The notes under the pieces were generated by a model. That model searched no databases. It saw only the letters and a program-made list of their open reading frames with translations, and was not told the origin of the DNA. Of a DNA stretch of 64,000 nucleotides, positions 17,932 to 26,170 are shown in pieces (within the stretch, counting starts at the first letter, position 1; each line of letters starts with the position of its first letter). The stretch covers positions 2,221 through 66,220 of the forward strand of contig CASGDQ010000043.1 in NCBI GenBank assembly GCA_949300325.1, given 5' to 3'. The position numbers and the translations under genes were made by a program. This DNA comes from an uncultured Spirochaetales bacterium. GTDB lineage: Bacteria > Spirochaetota > Spirochaetia > Sphaerochaetales > Sphaerochaetaceae.

Positions 17932-20808
17932 ATGGAAATCAGGACTGTAATAAACAATAAGAACGTCATCCTGAAAGCAGAAGCCTGGGAGGATCTAAGG
18001 ACTGTGCTTTACAGGAGCGGCTTCACCTCGTTGCGCGACAGCGACGACAGGGAGGGGTTTTGCGGAAGCGATACGATTGTCTTCAACGGAAGGCTCATGT
18101 ATTCGAACCTGATTTTAGCCTATAAGGCTGAGGGTGCAAAAATAAGGACGCCTGAATCCCTTTCCATCGGCAGAAAACCGAATGACGTGCAGAGGGCGAT
18201 GATTGCATCCGGTGTCGTTCAGAGCGCTTACAATGCCCCGGAGGCAGCTCTTATACTCACATATCTGCTTGAAAAGAACCCTCATCCCTCAAAAGAGGAG
18301 ATAAAGGACGCGCTTTCCGGCATTTTCATACGCGATGCAGGCTATGAGCATTATTATCTTGCTGTCCGTCTTGTGGAGGAGGAAAGGCAATACGGCTGCT
18401 ACAAGACTCCCGTATCCCCATCTTTCAGGGACAATCTCAAGTTCGTAGGAAAACCGACTGGAAAAATCGACGGAGAAGCCCTCGTAATGGGTGAGAAGGT
18501 GTTTGTCGAAGATAAAGTGCTTCCCGGCGCGTATGTGCTTCTCGTTCTCAGAAGCCCCTTTGCACATGCATACATAAAGAGCATCGACATATCGAAAGCA
18601 GAGAAGCTTGACGGGGTTGAGACCGTGATAACCTGCGAAAACTGCCCGGATGTATATTACATGCAGGCTGGACAGGGCAATCCCGAACCCAGCCCTCATG
18701 ACAGAAGGCTTTTCAATCGCAAGGTGAGGCATGTCGGCGATCGGGTTGCGGCAGTTGTTGCAAAGGATTACGAAACAGCAGAAAAGGCTCTCAGCCTGAT
18801 TAATGTGGAATACGAGCCCCTTTTGCCTGTATTCACGGTCGAAGAGGCAATGGCTGAAGGCGCTCCTCTTGTTCACAACGGTTTTGTCGAATACCGCTCC
18901 GGGGCTCCTGCCGACCTTGATGAATACAATAAGAAGTATGAGAAGAGGGATGGCAAGGTCATCTACCAATTTCCTCTCCATGGGGATATCCGGCATAACA
19001 TTGCAGCTGGGGCGCATGGCGGGATCGGCGATATAGAAAAAGGATTTGAGCAAGCGGATGCGATAGTCGATGAGACTTATCAGACCAGCCAGGTTCAGTG
19101 CACGCCCCTAGAGCCTCATGTATGCTATTCACGCATCGAAGGCGGACGTCTTGTCATCCACGCATCGACTCAGGTGCCGTATCATGTTAGGCGCATCGTC
19201 TCATGGGTCTGCGAGATACCCGAGCATAAGGTGCATGTCATAAAAGAAAGGGTAGGAGGCGGATATGGAAGCAAGCAGGATGTGCTTGTGGAGGATCTAT
19301 GCGGCTATGCTACATGGATTACGGGAAAACCCATATACTATCGTAATTCCAGAGCCGAGGAGTTTTATGCCAATTCCACACGCCATCCGATGAGGGTCCG
19401 CGTCAAGATGGGTGCTAAGAAGGATGGCACGATAACTGCAATCTACATGGATGTAAGGGCCAATACAGGTCCGTATGGCAACCACTGTCTGACAGTGCCG
19501 ATGAATGCTTCGAGCAAAACGCTGCCGATTTTTGCAGTGGATAACATGTATTACGACCTTACGACGTATTATACGAACATCCCTCCGACAGGCGCATATC
19601 AGGGATATGGGGCTCCAAAGGGTTATTTCGGCATAGTTTCCTGCATGGGACAGCTTGCCATGAAGCTTGGAATTGATCCGCTTGAAATGGCTAAAAAGAA
19701 CATAGTCGATGAAGGCTATATGCTTGAGATCCTGCGCGGGCTTGGAGAAGGAAGGGAAGGTGCGGTGGTCCCTGTTGGTTCCTGCGGCCTTCGTGAAGCC
19801 CTGGACAAGGGTGGAAAGATGATCGATTGGGGAAAGAAGGAAGTATCTGATGATCCCGATTGGAAAATCGGCAAGGGCTTTGCGATGATACAGCAGGGCT
19901 CCGGGCTTCCTGGACTGGATCATTCGAATGCCCAGTGCAAGCTTGTCTCCGATGGCTCGTTCATCGTCTTAAGCGGAGGTGCAGACCTTGGCACCGGCCT
20001 TGATACGATTTCAGCAAAGTGTTGCGCCGAGATCTTGAAGTGCAGCCTTTCGGATGTCTCCGTAGTAAGCGGAGATACCGACAGCTGTCTGTTCGATACA
20101 GGCGCTTATGCTTCAAGCGGAACATATTTCTCTGGCAATGCTTCCTTGAATGCAGCAAAGGATCTTCTTAAAAAGATCATCCATGAAGCTTCATTGGAGC
20201 TTGGTGAGGCGGAGGAGGATCTGTTTGCCGCAGAACCGGGAAAGATAGTTTCCAAGAAGACGAAAAAAGAGCTTACATATGCCCAGATAGCGCATGCTGT
20301 ACTAAGCGGCGACGGTCGTGGAGCGCTCATCGGCACCGGTACGTTTGTCACCCCGAATTTCGCAGTTCCGTATGGAGCGCATTTTGCGCAGGTGGCGGTC
20401 AATGTCAAGACGGGGCAGGTGAAGGTGATGAAATTCTACGCCCTTCAGGATGCGGGCACTCCGATCAATCCTGAGCTTGCGCTCTGCCAGATGTATGGCG
20501 CTGTCCAGAAGAGCATCGGACATACTCTCTATGAGAACATGATCCTTGATAAGGATGGAAGGTGCATAAATGCCAATATGACAGATTATGGCGCGCCGAT
20601 GATAGGCGAGGCACCTGATGATTTCAAGGCTGTCCTGATAGATGTCAATGATCAGTACGGTCCATTCGGTGCAAAGTCGATAAGCGAGATTGCTACAAAC
20701 GGTGCCGCTCCTGCGATTGCCATGGCGATTGCCGATGCAACAGGCGTGTGGGTCAGATCCTGGCCGATAACCCCTGAAAAGATTCTCAAAGGGCTTGGAC
20801 GGTTCTGA
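17932..20808 (+). CDS. xdhD: XdhD-like fused (degenerate Fe-S domain + molybdopterin-binding) hydroxylase subunit
   Basis: 958 aa. The N-terminal ~160 aa align to the 2Fe-2S subunit fold but lack the cysteines. The rest is an aldehyde oxidase/xanthine dehydrogenase Mo-binding domain (GGGYGSKQ, YQGYGAPKG, GPFGAKSISE). Confidence 0.8.
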   Translation: MEIRTVINNKNVILKAEAWEDLRTVLYRSGFTSLRDSDDREGFCGSDTIVFNGRLMYSNLILAYKAEGAKIRTPESLSIGRKPNDVQRAMIASGVVQSAYNAPEAALILTYLLEKNPHPSKEEIKDALSGIFIRDAGYEHYYLAVRLVEEERQYGCYKTPVSPSFRDNLKFVGKPTGKIDGEALVMGEKVFVEDKVLPGAYVLLVLRSPFAHAYIKSIDISKAEKLDGVETVITCENCPDVYYMQAGQGNPEPSPHDRRLFNRKVRHVGDRVAAVVAKDYETAEKALSLINVEYEPLLPVFTVEEAMAEGAPLVHNGFVEYRSGAPADLDEYNKKYEKRDGKVIYQFPLHGDIRHNIAAGAHGGIGDIEKGFEQADAIVDETYQTSQVQCTPLEPHVCYSRIEGGRLVIHASTQVPYHVRRIVSWVCEIPEHKVHVIKERVGGGYGSKQDVLVEDLCGYATWITGKPIYYRNSRAEEFYANSTRHPMRVRVKMGAKKDGTITAIYMDVRANTGPYGNHCLTVPMNASSKTLPIFAVDNMYYDLTTYYTNIPPTGAYQGYGAPKGYFGIVSCMGQLAMKLGIDPLEMAKKNIVDEGYMLEILRGLGEGREGAVVPVGSCGLREALDKGGKMIDWGKKEVSDDPDWKIGKGFAMIQQGSGLPGLDHSNAQCKLVSDGSFIVLSGGADLGTGLDTISAKCCAEILKCSLSDVSVVSGDTDSCLFDTGAYASSGTYFSGNASLNAAKDLLKKIIHEASLELGEAEEDLFAAEPGKIVSKKTKKELTYAQIAHAVLSGDGRGALIGTGTFVTPNFAVPYGAHFAQVAVNVKTGQVKVMKFYALQDAGTPINPELALCQMYGAVQKSIGHTLYENMILDKDGRCINANMTDYGAPMIGEAPDDFKAVLIDVNDQYGPFGAKSISEIATNGAAPAIAMAIADATGVWVRSWPITPEKILKGLGRF

Positions 20809-20816
20809 AAAATATG

Positions 20817-20847
20817 CGGCTGGTTCTTGGAACCGGCCGTTTTTTTT
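20817..20847. terminator. Bidirectional rho-independent terminator between convergent xdhD and tetR
   Basis: cggctggttc (20817-20826) pairs with gaaccggccg (20830-20839), including one G-T pair, followed by 8 T. An A-rich run on the left flank (20808-20812) would serve the opposite strand. Confidence 0.8.
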
Positions 20848-21392
20848 CAGGATAAGAGAGTTTTGCTTTGCTCCAAAAGAAGCGTTATCTTGTCAATGTC
20901 CACGCTCAGTGGATTTGTGATATGCCTTTTCAAGGCTTGGATCAAAAAAAGCGAGTAGAAATCCAAGAGAAGAGGATCTGCATCCTTATCCCCGTTTGCC
21001 AGCCTGGAAAAGAAGATGTAGCGCAGCGCATCCTCAAGCTTTCTTTCAAACCGGATTGATGGACGTTTTGCTAAAAGCATCGAAAGGCTTTTTGACTCGT
21101 CATCTGCAAAATTTATGAGCCCTGCGAGGAATTTCTTCAAATCCTTTTCTTCGTCCAATTTCAGCAAGCGGTATATCAAATCGTCCTCGATTTCCTCATA
21201 AAGGTCCCTTACATTGTCATAGTAGCTATAGAATACGCTTCTCTCCACGCCGGCCCTATCGCTGACCATCCTTGCGCTTATCATATCCTCGTCTTCTGTT
21301 TCGAGAAGTTCTAAAAGGCTGTCCTGCAGCGCGAACTGTGCGCTGGTAAACGTTAGTTTGGATATTTTTGCAATGTATGAGTATGGATTCAT
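20847..21392 (-). CDS. TetR/AcrR-family transcriptional regulator
   Basis: 181 aa with an N-terminal HTH region (ISARMVSDRAGVERSVFYSYYDNVRDLYEEI). Last gene of the csd-xdhC-tetR string. Confidence 0.65.
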   Translation of the reverse strand: MNPYSYIAKISKLTFTSAQFALQDSLLELLETEDEDMISARMVSDRAGVERSVFYSYYDNVRDLYEEIEDDLIYRLLKLDEEKDLKKFLAGLINFADDESKSLSMLLAKRPSIRFERKLEDALRYIFFSRLANGDKDADPLLLDFYSLFLIQALKRHITNPLSVDIDKITLLLEQSKTLLS

Positions 21393-21401
21393 ATTGAGAT
21401 T

Positions 21402-22367
21402 CTACCTTATTGCAGAAGATGGGGAAAGATATTTGAACATCACTGATGCCTTTCCTCCGCAGGCCATGCCCAGCTCGCCTTTGCTTGTTAAATCGAAATC
21501 GCATATCATCGTTTTCCCCTTTGAGGAAAGCAGGCATAAAGCCTTTTTCTTTGCTTCTTCTTCCAGCGCTCCTCCTCCGATGCTTGCTATGCATCCTGAG
21601 GATGCTACGAGCATTTCCGCACCTTTTCTTGCAGGCCCTGAGCCGGTTTTTCTTATTATGCGGCATAGCACCGCTTCTTCTTTCAAATCGGATAAAGCCT
21701 TCAATATTGCCAGATCGGCTTCTATGGAATCCTTTTCTCCGCGGTATGTGCAGATGATCTCTGCCATTATTGCAACAGCGATTTCCTCCGCTGTGGCGGC
21801 TTTGATGTCGAGCCCTATCGGGGAATGAACTTTTTCAAGCTCTTTTCTTGTAAAGCCTTCGTTTTCAAGCTCGTTCCATGTTGCTTCTATCTTTTTTTTC
21901 GATCCTATCATGCCGATGTATGAAGAGCCTTTTTTGAGGGCCTTCCTTATGCAGATCCCATCTGCTTTGTGTCCATGGGTGAATATTATGAAATACGGAT
22001 TGTCGAAATGGTGTTTTTCAAGATCAATATCAGAAAACGGAAGAACATGCCTTTGGGCATTCATAAAACGCTCCTTGCTGCAGTATTCTTTTCTGTCGTC
22101 GAACACCGCAGTCTTGAGGCCGACAATCTCTGCTATTTTGTATAGCGCAGAAGCTATATGCCCGGCTCCGAACATGACAAGCGTAGGCGGCAGGCATATC
22201 GGATCTTCCAGGTTGTCCTCCCTTTTTTCGAATGCACAGGTTGAATCGATCAGCTTTCCATCAAGAAAAAGCGCTTCCTCTCCCGCTATATCAGGTGCCA
22301 CAGCCAAGCTTCTTACGAGCTGCGCCGTACACAGCGTATCCTTCAGTCTTCTATAATAGTCATCCAT
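21402..22367 (-). CDS. xdhC: XdhC/CoxI-family molybdenum-cofactor insertion chaperone (atypical domain order)
   Basis: ATG at 22367 (MDDYYRRL) follows AAGGAGGAG and overlaps the csd stop. Rossmann motif VMFGAGHIA is in the first half. The XdhC_CoxI-like segment (RKTGSGPARKGAEMLV...IGGGALE...GMACGG) is at the C-terminus. Confidence 0.7.
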   Translation of the reverse strand: MDDYYRRLKDTLCTAQLVRSLAVAPDIAGEEALFLDGKLIDSTCAFEKREDNLEDPICLPPTLVMFGAGHIASALYKIAEIVGLKTAVFDDRKEYCSKERFMNAQRHVLPFSDIDLEKHHFDNPYFIIFTHGHKADGICIRKALKKGSSYIGMIGSKKKIEATWNELENEGFTRKELEKVHSPIGLDIKAATAEEIAVAIMAEIICTYRGEKDSIEADLAILKALSDLKEEAVLCRIIRKTGSGPARKGAEMLVASSGCIASIGGGALEEEAKKKALCLLSSKGKTMICDFDLTSKGELGMACGGKASVMFKYLSPSSAIR

Positions 22368-23499
22368 TAATCTCCTCCTTGAGCGCACATATGGTTTTTT
22401 CGATCTCATCTTTTTTCGTGAATGGACCGGGTGAAAGCCTCAGCGTTCCCTGCGGGTATGTGCCAAGACTCATGTGCTCTATCGGCGCGCAGTGCAGGCC
22501 GACCCTGCATTCTATTCCATGATTCCTATAAAGCCTGTTTGCAAGCAATGCCAGATCCATCTTGTCCGTTGAGATCGATACCGCTCCTGTCCTCTTTTCT
22601 CCGCTTTTGGGTCCGATTATCCTGATATTGTCAATGCTTTCCAGCCCTGATACCAGAGAAAAGATGTTCTGCTCGTACTTTTTAAAAAGGTTGCTGGAAT
22701 TTGAATTGATGTAATCAAGTGCGGCTTTCAGGCCGAAAAGCCCTGGAAGATTTCTTGTCCCGGCTTCAAATTTATCAGGAAATATGTCCGGCATTTCGAT
22801 GCTGTCGGAAAAAGAGCCCGTTCCGCCTGCGATCAAAGGGGATGTCTTTTCCGCAATCTCTCTTCTTAAGACCATTCCGCCTGTTCCTTGCGGACCCAGC
22901 AATCCCTTATGCCCGGTGAAGAAAACTCCTGCAAGCTCCATTTCCTTCATGCTTATCCTTACAAATGGCGCAGCTTGGGCAGTATCAAGAAAGAGGGGAA
23001 GAAAGGCTTTCCTGCACAGCTCTGAAAGGACAGCAATATTCTCAATCCTGCCTGAAACATTGCTTGAGGCGTTTGCTATGACGGCTTTGACATTTCTTGA
23101 GACCAGATCCGTAAAGCGGGAGAAATCGGAGAGGCCGTTTTCATCCACCGGTATCCTTACGCTTTTGACGCCATGGCATGTAAGCGCTCTTTCGACGGCG
23201 TTATGCTCGTGCGAGGTCGTTATGACGATATCGTCCTTCTTGAAATATCCATGCACGAATATGTTCACGGCTTCAGTAACATTCTGCGTAAAAAATACCG
23301 TGTCTGCATCATCATATCCGAACAGCGATGCAATATCCTCCCTGAGAGCGCAAATCGCATCCTCCTCCTGGTATGCATTGTCGCTGTGCGTCCTTGATAG
23401 ATTGCAGCCGAGCTCATTCATGAAATATAATACGGCATTTGCCACTCCAGGGGCCTTTGGCCAGCTTGTGGCCGAATTATCCATGTAGATCCTGTCCAT
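22360..23499 (-). CDS. Class V aminotransferase / cysteine desulfurase-family protein (candidate selenocysteine lyase-type Se/S donor)
   Basis: 379 aa with PLP lysine in FTGHKGLLGP and active-site cysteine in GLHCAP. This is the stand-alone desulfurase type reported next to selenium-dependent hydroxylase genes. Confidence 0.75.
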   Translation of the reverse strand: MDRIYMDNSATSWPKAPGVANAVLYFMNELGCNLSRTHSDNAYQEEDAICALREDIASLFGYDDADTVFFTQNVTEAVNIFVHGYFKKDDIVITTSHEHNAVERALTCHGVKSVRIPVDENGLSDFSRFTDLVSRNVKAVIANASSNVSGRIENIAVLSELCRKAFLPLFLDTAQAAPFVRISMKEMELAGVFFTGHKGLLGPQGTGGMVLRREIAEKTSPLIAGGTGSFSDSIEMPDIFPDKFEAGTRNLPGLFGLKAALDYINSNSSNLFKKYEQNIFSLVSGLESIDNIRIIGPKSGEKRTGAVSISTDKMDLALLANRLYRNHGIECRVGLHCAPIEHMSLGTYPQGTLRLSPGPFTKKDEIEKTICALKEEING

Positions 23500-23572
23500 G
23501 TGTTAATTGTATATCTTTTCCATTGCGTATGCAAAAAGATAATGTTACCATCTTATCAATCAGGAGGTTCTG

Positions 23573-24640
23573 ATGATCGGTCAGAGAAAAAAATTGCTTG
23601 TTTCAGGAGCTCTGTTGGGGCTCTCAAGCATAATCCTTGTAGTATTGGGCAATCCCGGCAACATGGGACTTTGCATCGCTTGTTTTTTGAGGGATATCGT
23701 AGGTGCCCTGCATATTCATCCGGCACAGAATGTTTCATACATGCGTCCGGAAATACTTGGCATAGTGCTTGCGGCTTTTATTGTTTCTGTTGTGAAAAAG
23801 GAATTCCGTCCCCGCGGAGGATCTAATCCCGTGCTGAGATTCTTGCTTGGCGCTTTCATGATGATCGGTGCTCTTGTATTCCTCGGCTGTCCTGTAAGGA
23901 TGGTTCTGCGTCTTGCCGCAGGTGATATGAATGCGCTTATTGCTCTCATAGGTTTTGCCCTCGGGGTCGCTGCTGGATCGGCATTTTTGAACCAGGGATT
24001 TTCTCTCGGTCGGAGCAGGAGACTGCATGTGGCCTTCGGCCTTGCTTCTCCGGTGCTGTTTCTGATCTTCTTGTTCATATTGTTCTTTTTCCCAGCTCTT
24101 CTCGTTTTCGGAGATGCCGCTCCTGCAGCAAACCACGCCCCGATCGTCGCATCCCTGTTTTTCGGCGCGGTGGTAGGAATCGCCAGCCAGAGATCGAGGA
24201 TGTGCATGGCCGGAGGAATCAGGGATCTGATCCTTTTAAGGGATCCTGGACTCATAATGGCTCCTATCGCCATGTTTGTTGTGGCTCTTGTAGGAAATCT
24301 CGTGATCGGCAAGTTTAATTTGGGATTTGCTTCGCAGCCCATAGCCCATACCGAAGGCGTGTGGAACTTTTTAGCTATGTTCCTCGTCGGTCTTTGCGCG
24401 GTAATGCTTGGCGGCTGCCCCCTCAGACAGCTCATCCTTTCTTCAGAAGGGGATTTCGATGCATTCATAACGGTCATAGGTCTTATGGCGGGAGCCGCTG
24501 TTTCCCATAATTTCAGCGCGGCAAGCAGCGCGAATGGAACGACCGCAAATGGAAGGATGCTTGTAATAGTCGGACTTGTTTTCGCTTTTGCTGTAGCAGT
24601 GATCGTTACTATGAGAAATAGGAGGAAAGAAAATGGTTGA
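23573..24640 (+). CDS. yedE: YedE-family putative selenium/sulfur-compound transporter
   Basis: 355-aa polytopic membrane protein with duplicated halves carrying GLCIACFLRD and SRMCMAGGIRD motifs. AGGAGG lies 5 nt upstream. Confidence 0.8.
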   Translation: MIGQRKKLLVSGALLGLSSIILVVLGNPGNMGLCIACFLRDIVGALHIHPAQNVSYMRPEILGIVLAAFIVSVVKKEFRPRGGSNPVLRFLLGAFMMIGALVFLGCPVRMVLRLAAGDMNALIALIGFALGVAAGSAFLNQGFSLGRSRRLHVAFGLASPVLFLIFLFILFFFPALLVFGDAAPAANHAPIVASLFFGAVVGIASQRSRMCMAGGIRDLILLRDPGLIMAPIAMFVVALVGNLVIGKFNLGFASQPIAHTEGVWNFLAMFLVGLCAVMLGGCPLRQLILSSEGDFDAFITVIGLMAGAAVSHNFSAASSANGTTANGRMLVIVGLVFAFAVAVIVTMRNRRKENG

Positions 24641-24839
24641 TGCACGTGGACTCAGCTGCCCTGAGCCAGTAATCATGGTAAAAAAGTTTTTGAAATCCAA
24701 TAATAATCCCAAAAGTGTGCATGTGCGCGTGGATAACGTTGCCAGCAAGGAGAATGTTACAAGGTATCTTGAAGCCATGGGGTACAAGGTTGAGATAATC
24801 AAGGAAGATGATGGATGGTCGCTGAAAGCAGGATTGTGA
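24633..24839 (+). CDS. yedF: TusA/SirA-like sulfur(selenium)transferase, short YedF-like
   Basis: 68 aa with the CPxP active-site motif (GLSCPEPV). Overlaps the yedE stop. Confidence 0.75.
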   Translation: MVDARGLSCPEPVIMVKKFLKSNNNPKSVHVRVDNVASKENVTRYLEAMGYKVEIIKEDDGWSLKAGL

Positions 24840-25063
24840 CCCTGACATTTTCTTCCCATTACGAGGCGGTCAAGCTTAAGCGCGCTCTAGCGAAAAAAGG
24901 CATTGGCTGCCGTCTCGTGCCTGTGCCCAGGAGCCTTTCATCTTCCTGCGGCACGGCAATGGAAATAAACGAGAAGGATGCTTTTGCGGCCAAGGAGCTT
25001 GAAATAGCTGAAGGGGCGTTCATTGAGGAGGAAGGAAAATGGTCAAGCTTACGAGGATGGTGA
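24815..25063 (+). CDS. DUF3343-type putative Se/S carrier protein
   Basis: About 80 aa with the typical F.S...A..AE/K..L...GI...L.P.P...S.SCG pattern (VPVPRSLSSSCGTAMEI). An alternative GTG start at 24836 overlaps the yedF stop. Confidence 0.65.
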   Translation: MVAESRIVTLTFSSHYEAVKLKRALAKKGIGCRLVPVPRSLSSSCGTAMEINEKDAFAAKELEIAEGAFIEEEGKWSSLRGW

Positions 25064-26061
25064 AGACAAGCGGATGCGCGGCAAAACTGGCTGCGAAAGA
25101 TCTGCATGAGGTTCTTTCCTCGCTGCCTAAAAAGGCTGATGAGAAACTTCTGGTGGGTTTCGAAGGCTCTGATGATGCGCTGGTCTACGATTTGGGAAAC
25201 GGCGATGTCATGATATCAACGGTGGATTTCTTTCCACCTGTGGCCGACGATCCTTATACCTTCGGTCAGATTGCGGCGGCAAACGCGCTTTCCGATGTGT
25301 ATGCTATGGGCGGGGACCCGAAGGTCTGTATGAACCTTGTGTGCTTCCCGTCATGTCAGGATCTTGATATTTTGAAGCAGATACTCACCGGCGGATGCGA
25401 CAAGGTGCACGAAGCAGGAGCTGTTGTCGCAGGAGGGCATACCATTGCAGATTCGGTGATCAAGTATGGCTTATCTGTAACTGGTTTTGGTAAAAAGAAT
25501 TCATTTTGGACGAATGCCGGAGCAAAGGAAGGGGATGTCATAGTCCTTACGAAGAAGATCGGGGTAGGGATAATCAATACTGCGGCAAAAGCGGACGAAG
25601 TTCCGGAAGCTCTTCTCTCTGAGGCCCTTTCTTCTATGAAAACCCTCAATAAGAGAGCAAAGGAAGCTGCAGAAGGCCTTGATGTGAGAGCTGCAACCGA
25701 CATAACTGGATTTTCTCTTCTCGGCCACCTCTATGAGATGGCATCTTCAAGCGGAGTTTCGATAACCATAGATCACAGCAGTGTTCCGCTTTTTGACGGT
25801 GTTGTCGATCTTGCCCGGTTCGGTTTCCTGAGCGAGGGTGTTTACAACAACAGGGAATACATTGAAGAAAGTGTTCATTTCGAGCCATCTTTGAAAAGGG
25901 AGATATGTGATGTACTCTTCGATCCTCAGACATCTGGAGGACTTGCCCTTGCCATGAGCGAACCAGATGCTGCAGAGTATCTGAAAAGGATGTCTGATAC
26001 ACCTGCGGCTATGATCGCACGAGTTGGTAAGAAAAGAGATTATCCTGTGTATGTGATATGA
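25039..26061 (+). CDS. selD: Selenide, water dikinase (selenophosphate synthetase), Cys form
   Basis: 340 aa. N-terminal TSGCAAKL (Cys-x-x-Lys catalytic loop, Cys rather than Sec), PurM-like fold motifs (DDALV, VDFF.P, DVYAMGG, GGHT). GGAGGAAGG lies upstream. Confidence 0.9.
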   Translation: MVKLTRMVKTSGCAAKLAAKDLHEVLSSLPKKADEKLLVGFEGSDDALVYDLGNGDVMISTVDFFPPVADDPYTFGQIAAANALSDVYAMGGDPKVCMNLVCFPSCQDLDILKQILTGGCDKVHEAGAVVAGGHTIADSVIKYGLSVTGFGKKNSFWTNAGAKEGDVIVLTKKIGVGIINTAAKADEVPEALLSEALSSMKTLNKRAKEAAEGLDVRAATDITGFSLLGHLYEMASSSGVSITIDHSSVPLFDGVVDLARFGFLSEGVYNNREYIEESVHFEPSLKREICDVLFDPQTSGGLALAMSEPDAAEYLKRMSDTPAAMIARVGKKRDYPVYVI

Positions 26062-26066
26062 AACGG

Positions 26067-26092
26067 ATGCCATCGCTGATGGCATTTTTTTT
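26067..26092 (+). terminator. Rho-independent terminator after selD
   Basis: atgccat (26067-26073) pairs with atggcat (26079-26085), followed by an 8-T run. Confidence 0.8.
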
Positions 26093-26170
26093 GCTGTTCA
26101 AGATGCCGGATTGCGTAAATGTGCCAGACTTTCTTTTTGCATGGAAATAGCATAAACTGTTAAGGCATAG

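Noticed and set aside
23500-23572. Imperfect palindromes TTGCGTATGCAA and GATAA-N10-TTATC in the csd/yedE divergent region as operators
   Set aside because: The arms are only 4-5 bp with internal mismatches. This cannot be distinguished from chance in a 73-bp AT-rich segment.
23716-24645. 309-aa minus-strand ORF inside yedE
   Set aside because: Shadow ORF antisense to the YedE membrane protein. Its Pro/Ala/Arg-rich sequence has no motifs.
24633-25063. Possible selenocysteine (TGA) read-through joining adjacent same-strand ORFs (yedF/DUF3343; also the FAD subunits at 17228/17251), or a Sec codon in selD
   Set aside because: The adjacent ORFs are in different frames, so no in-frame TGA fusion is possible. 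SelD has a Cys codon at the catalytic position. I saw no gene interrupted by a single in-frame TGA.
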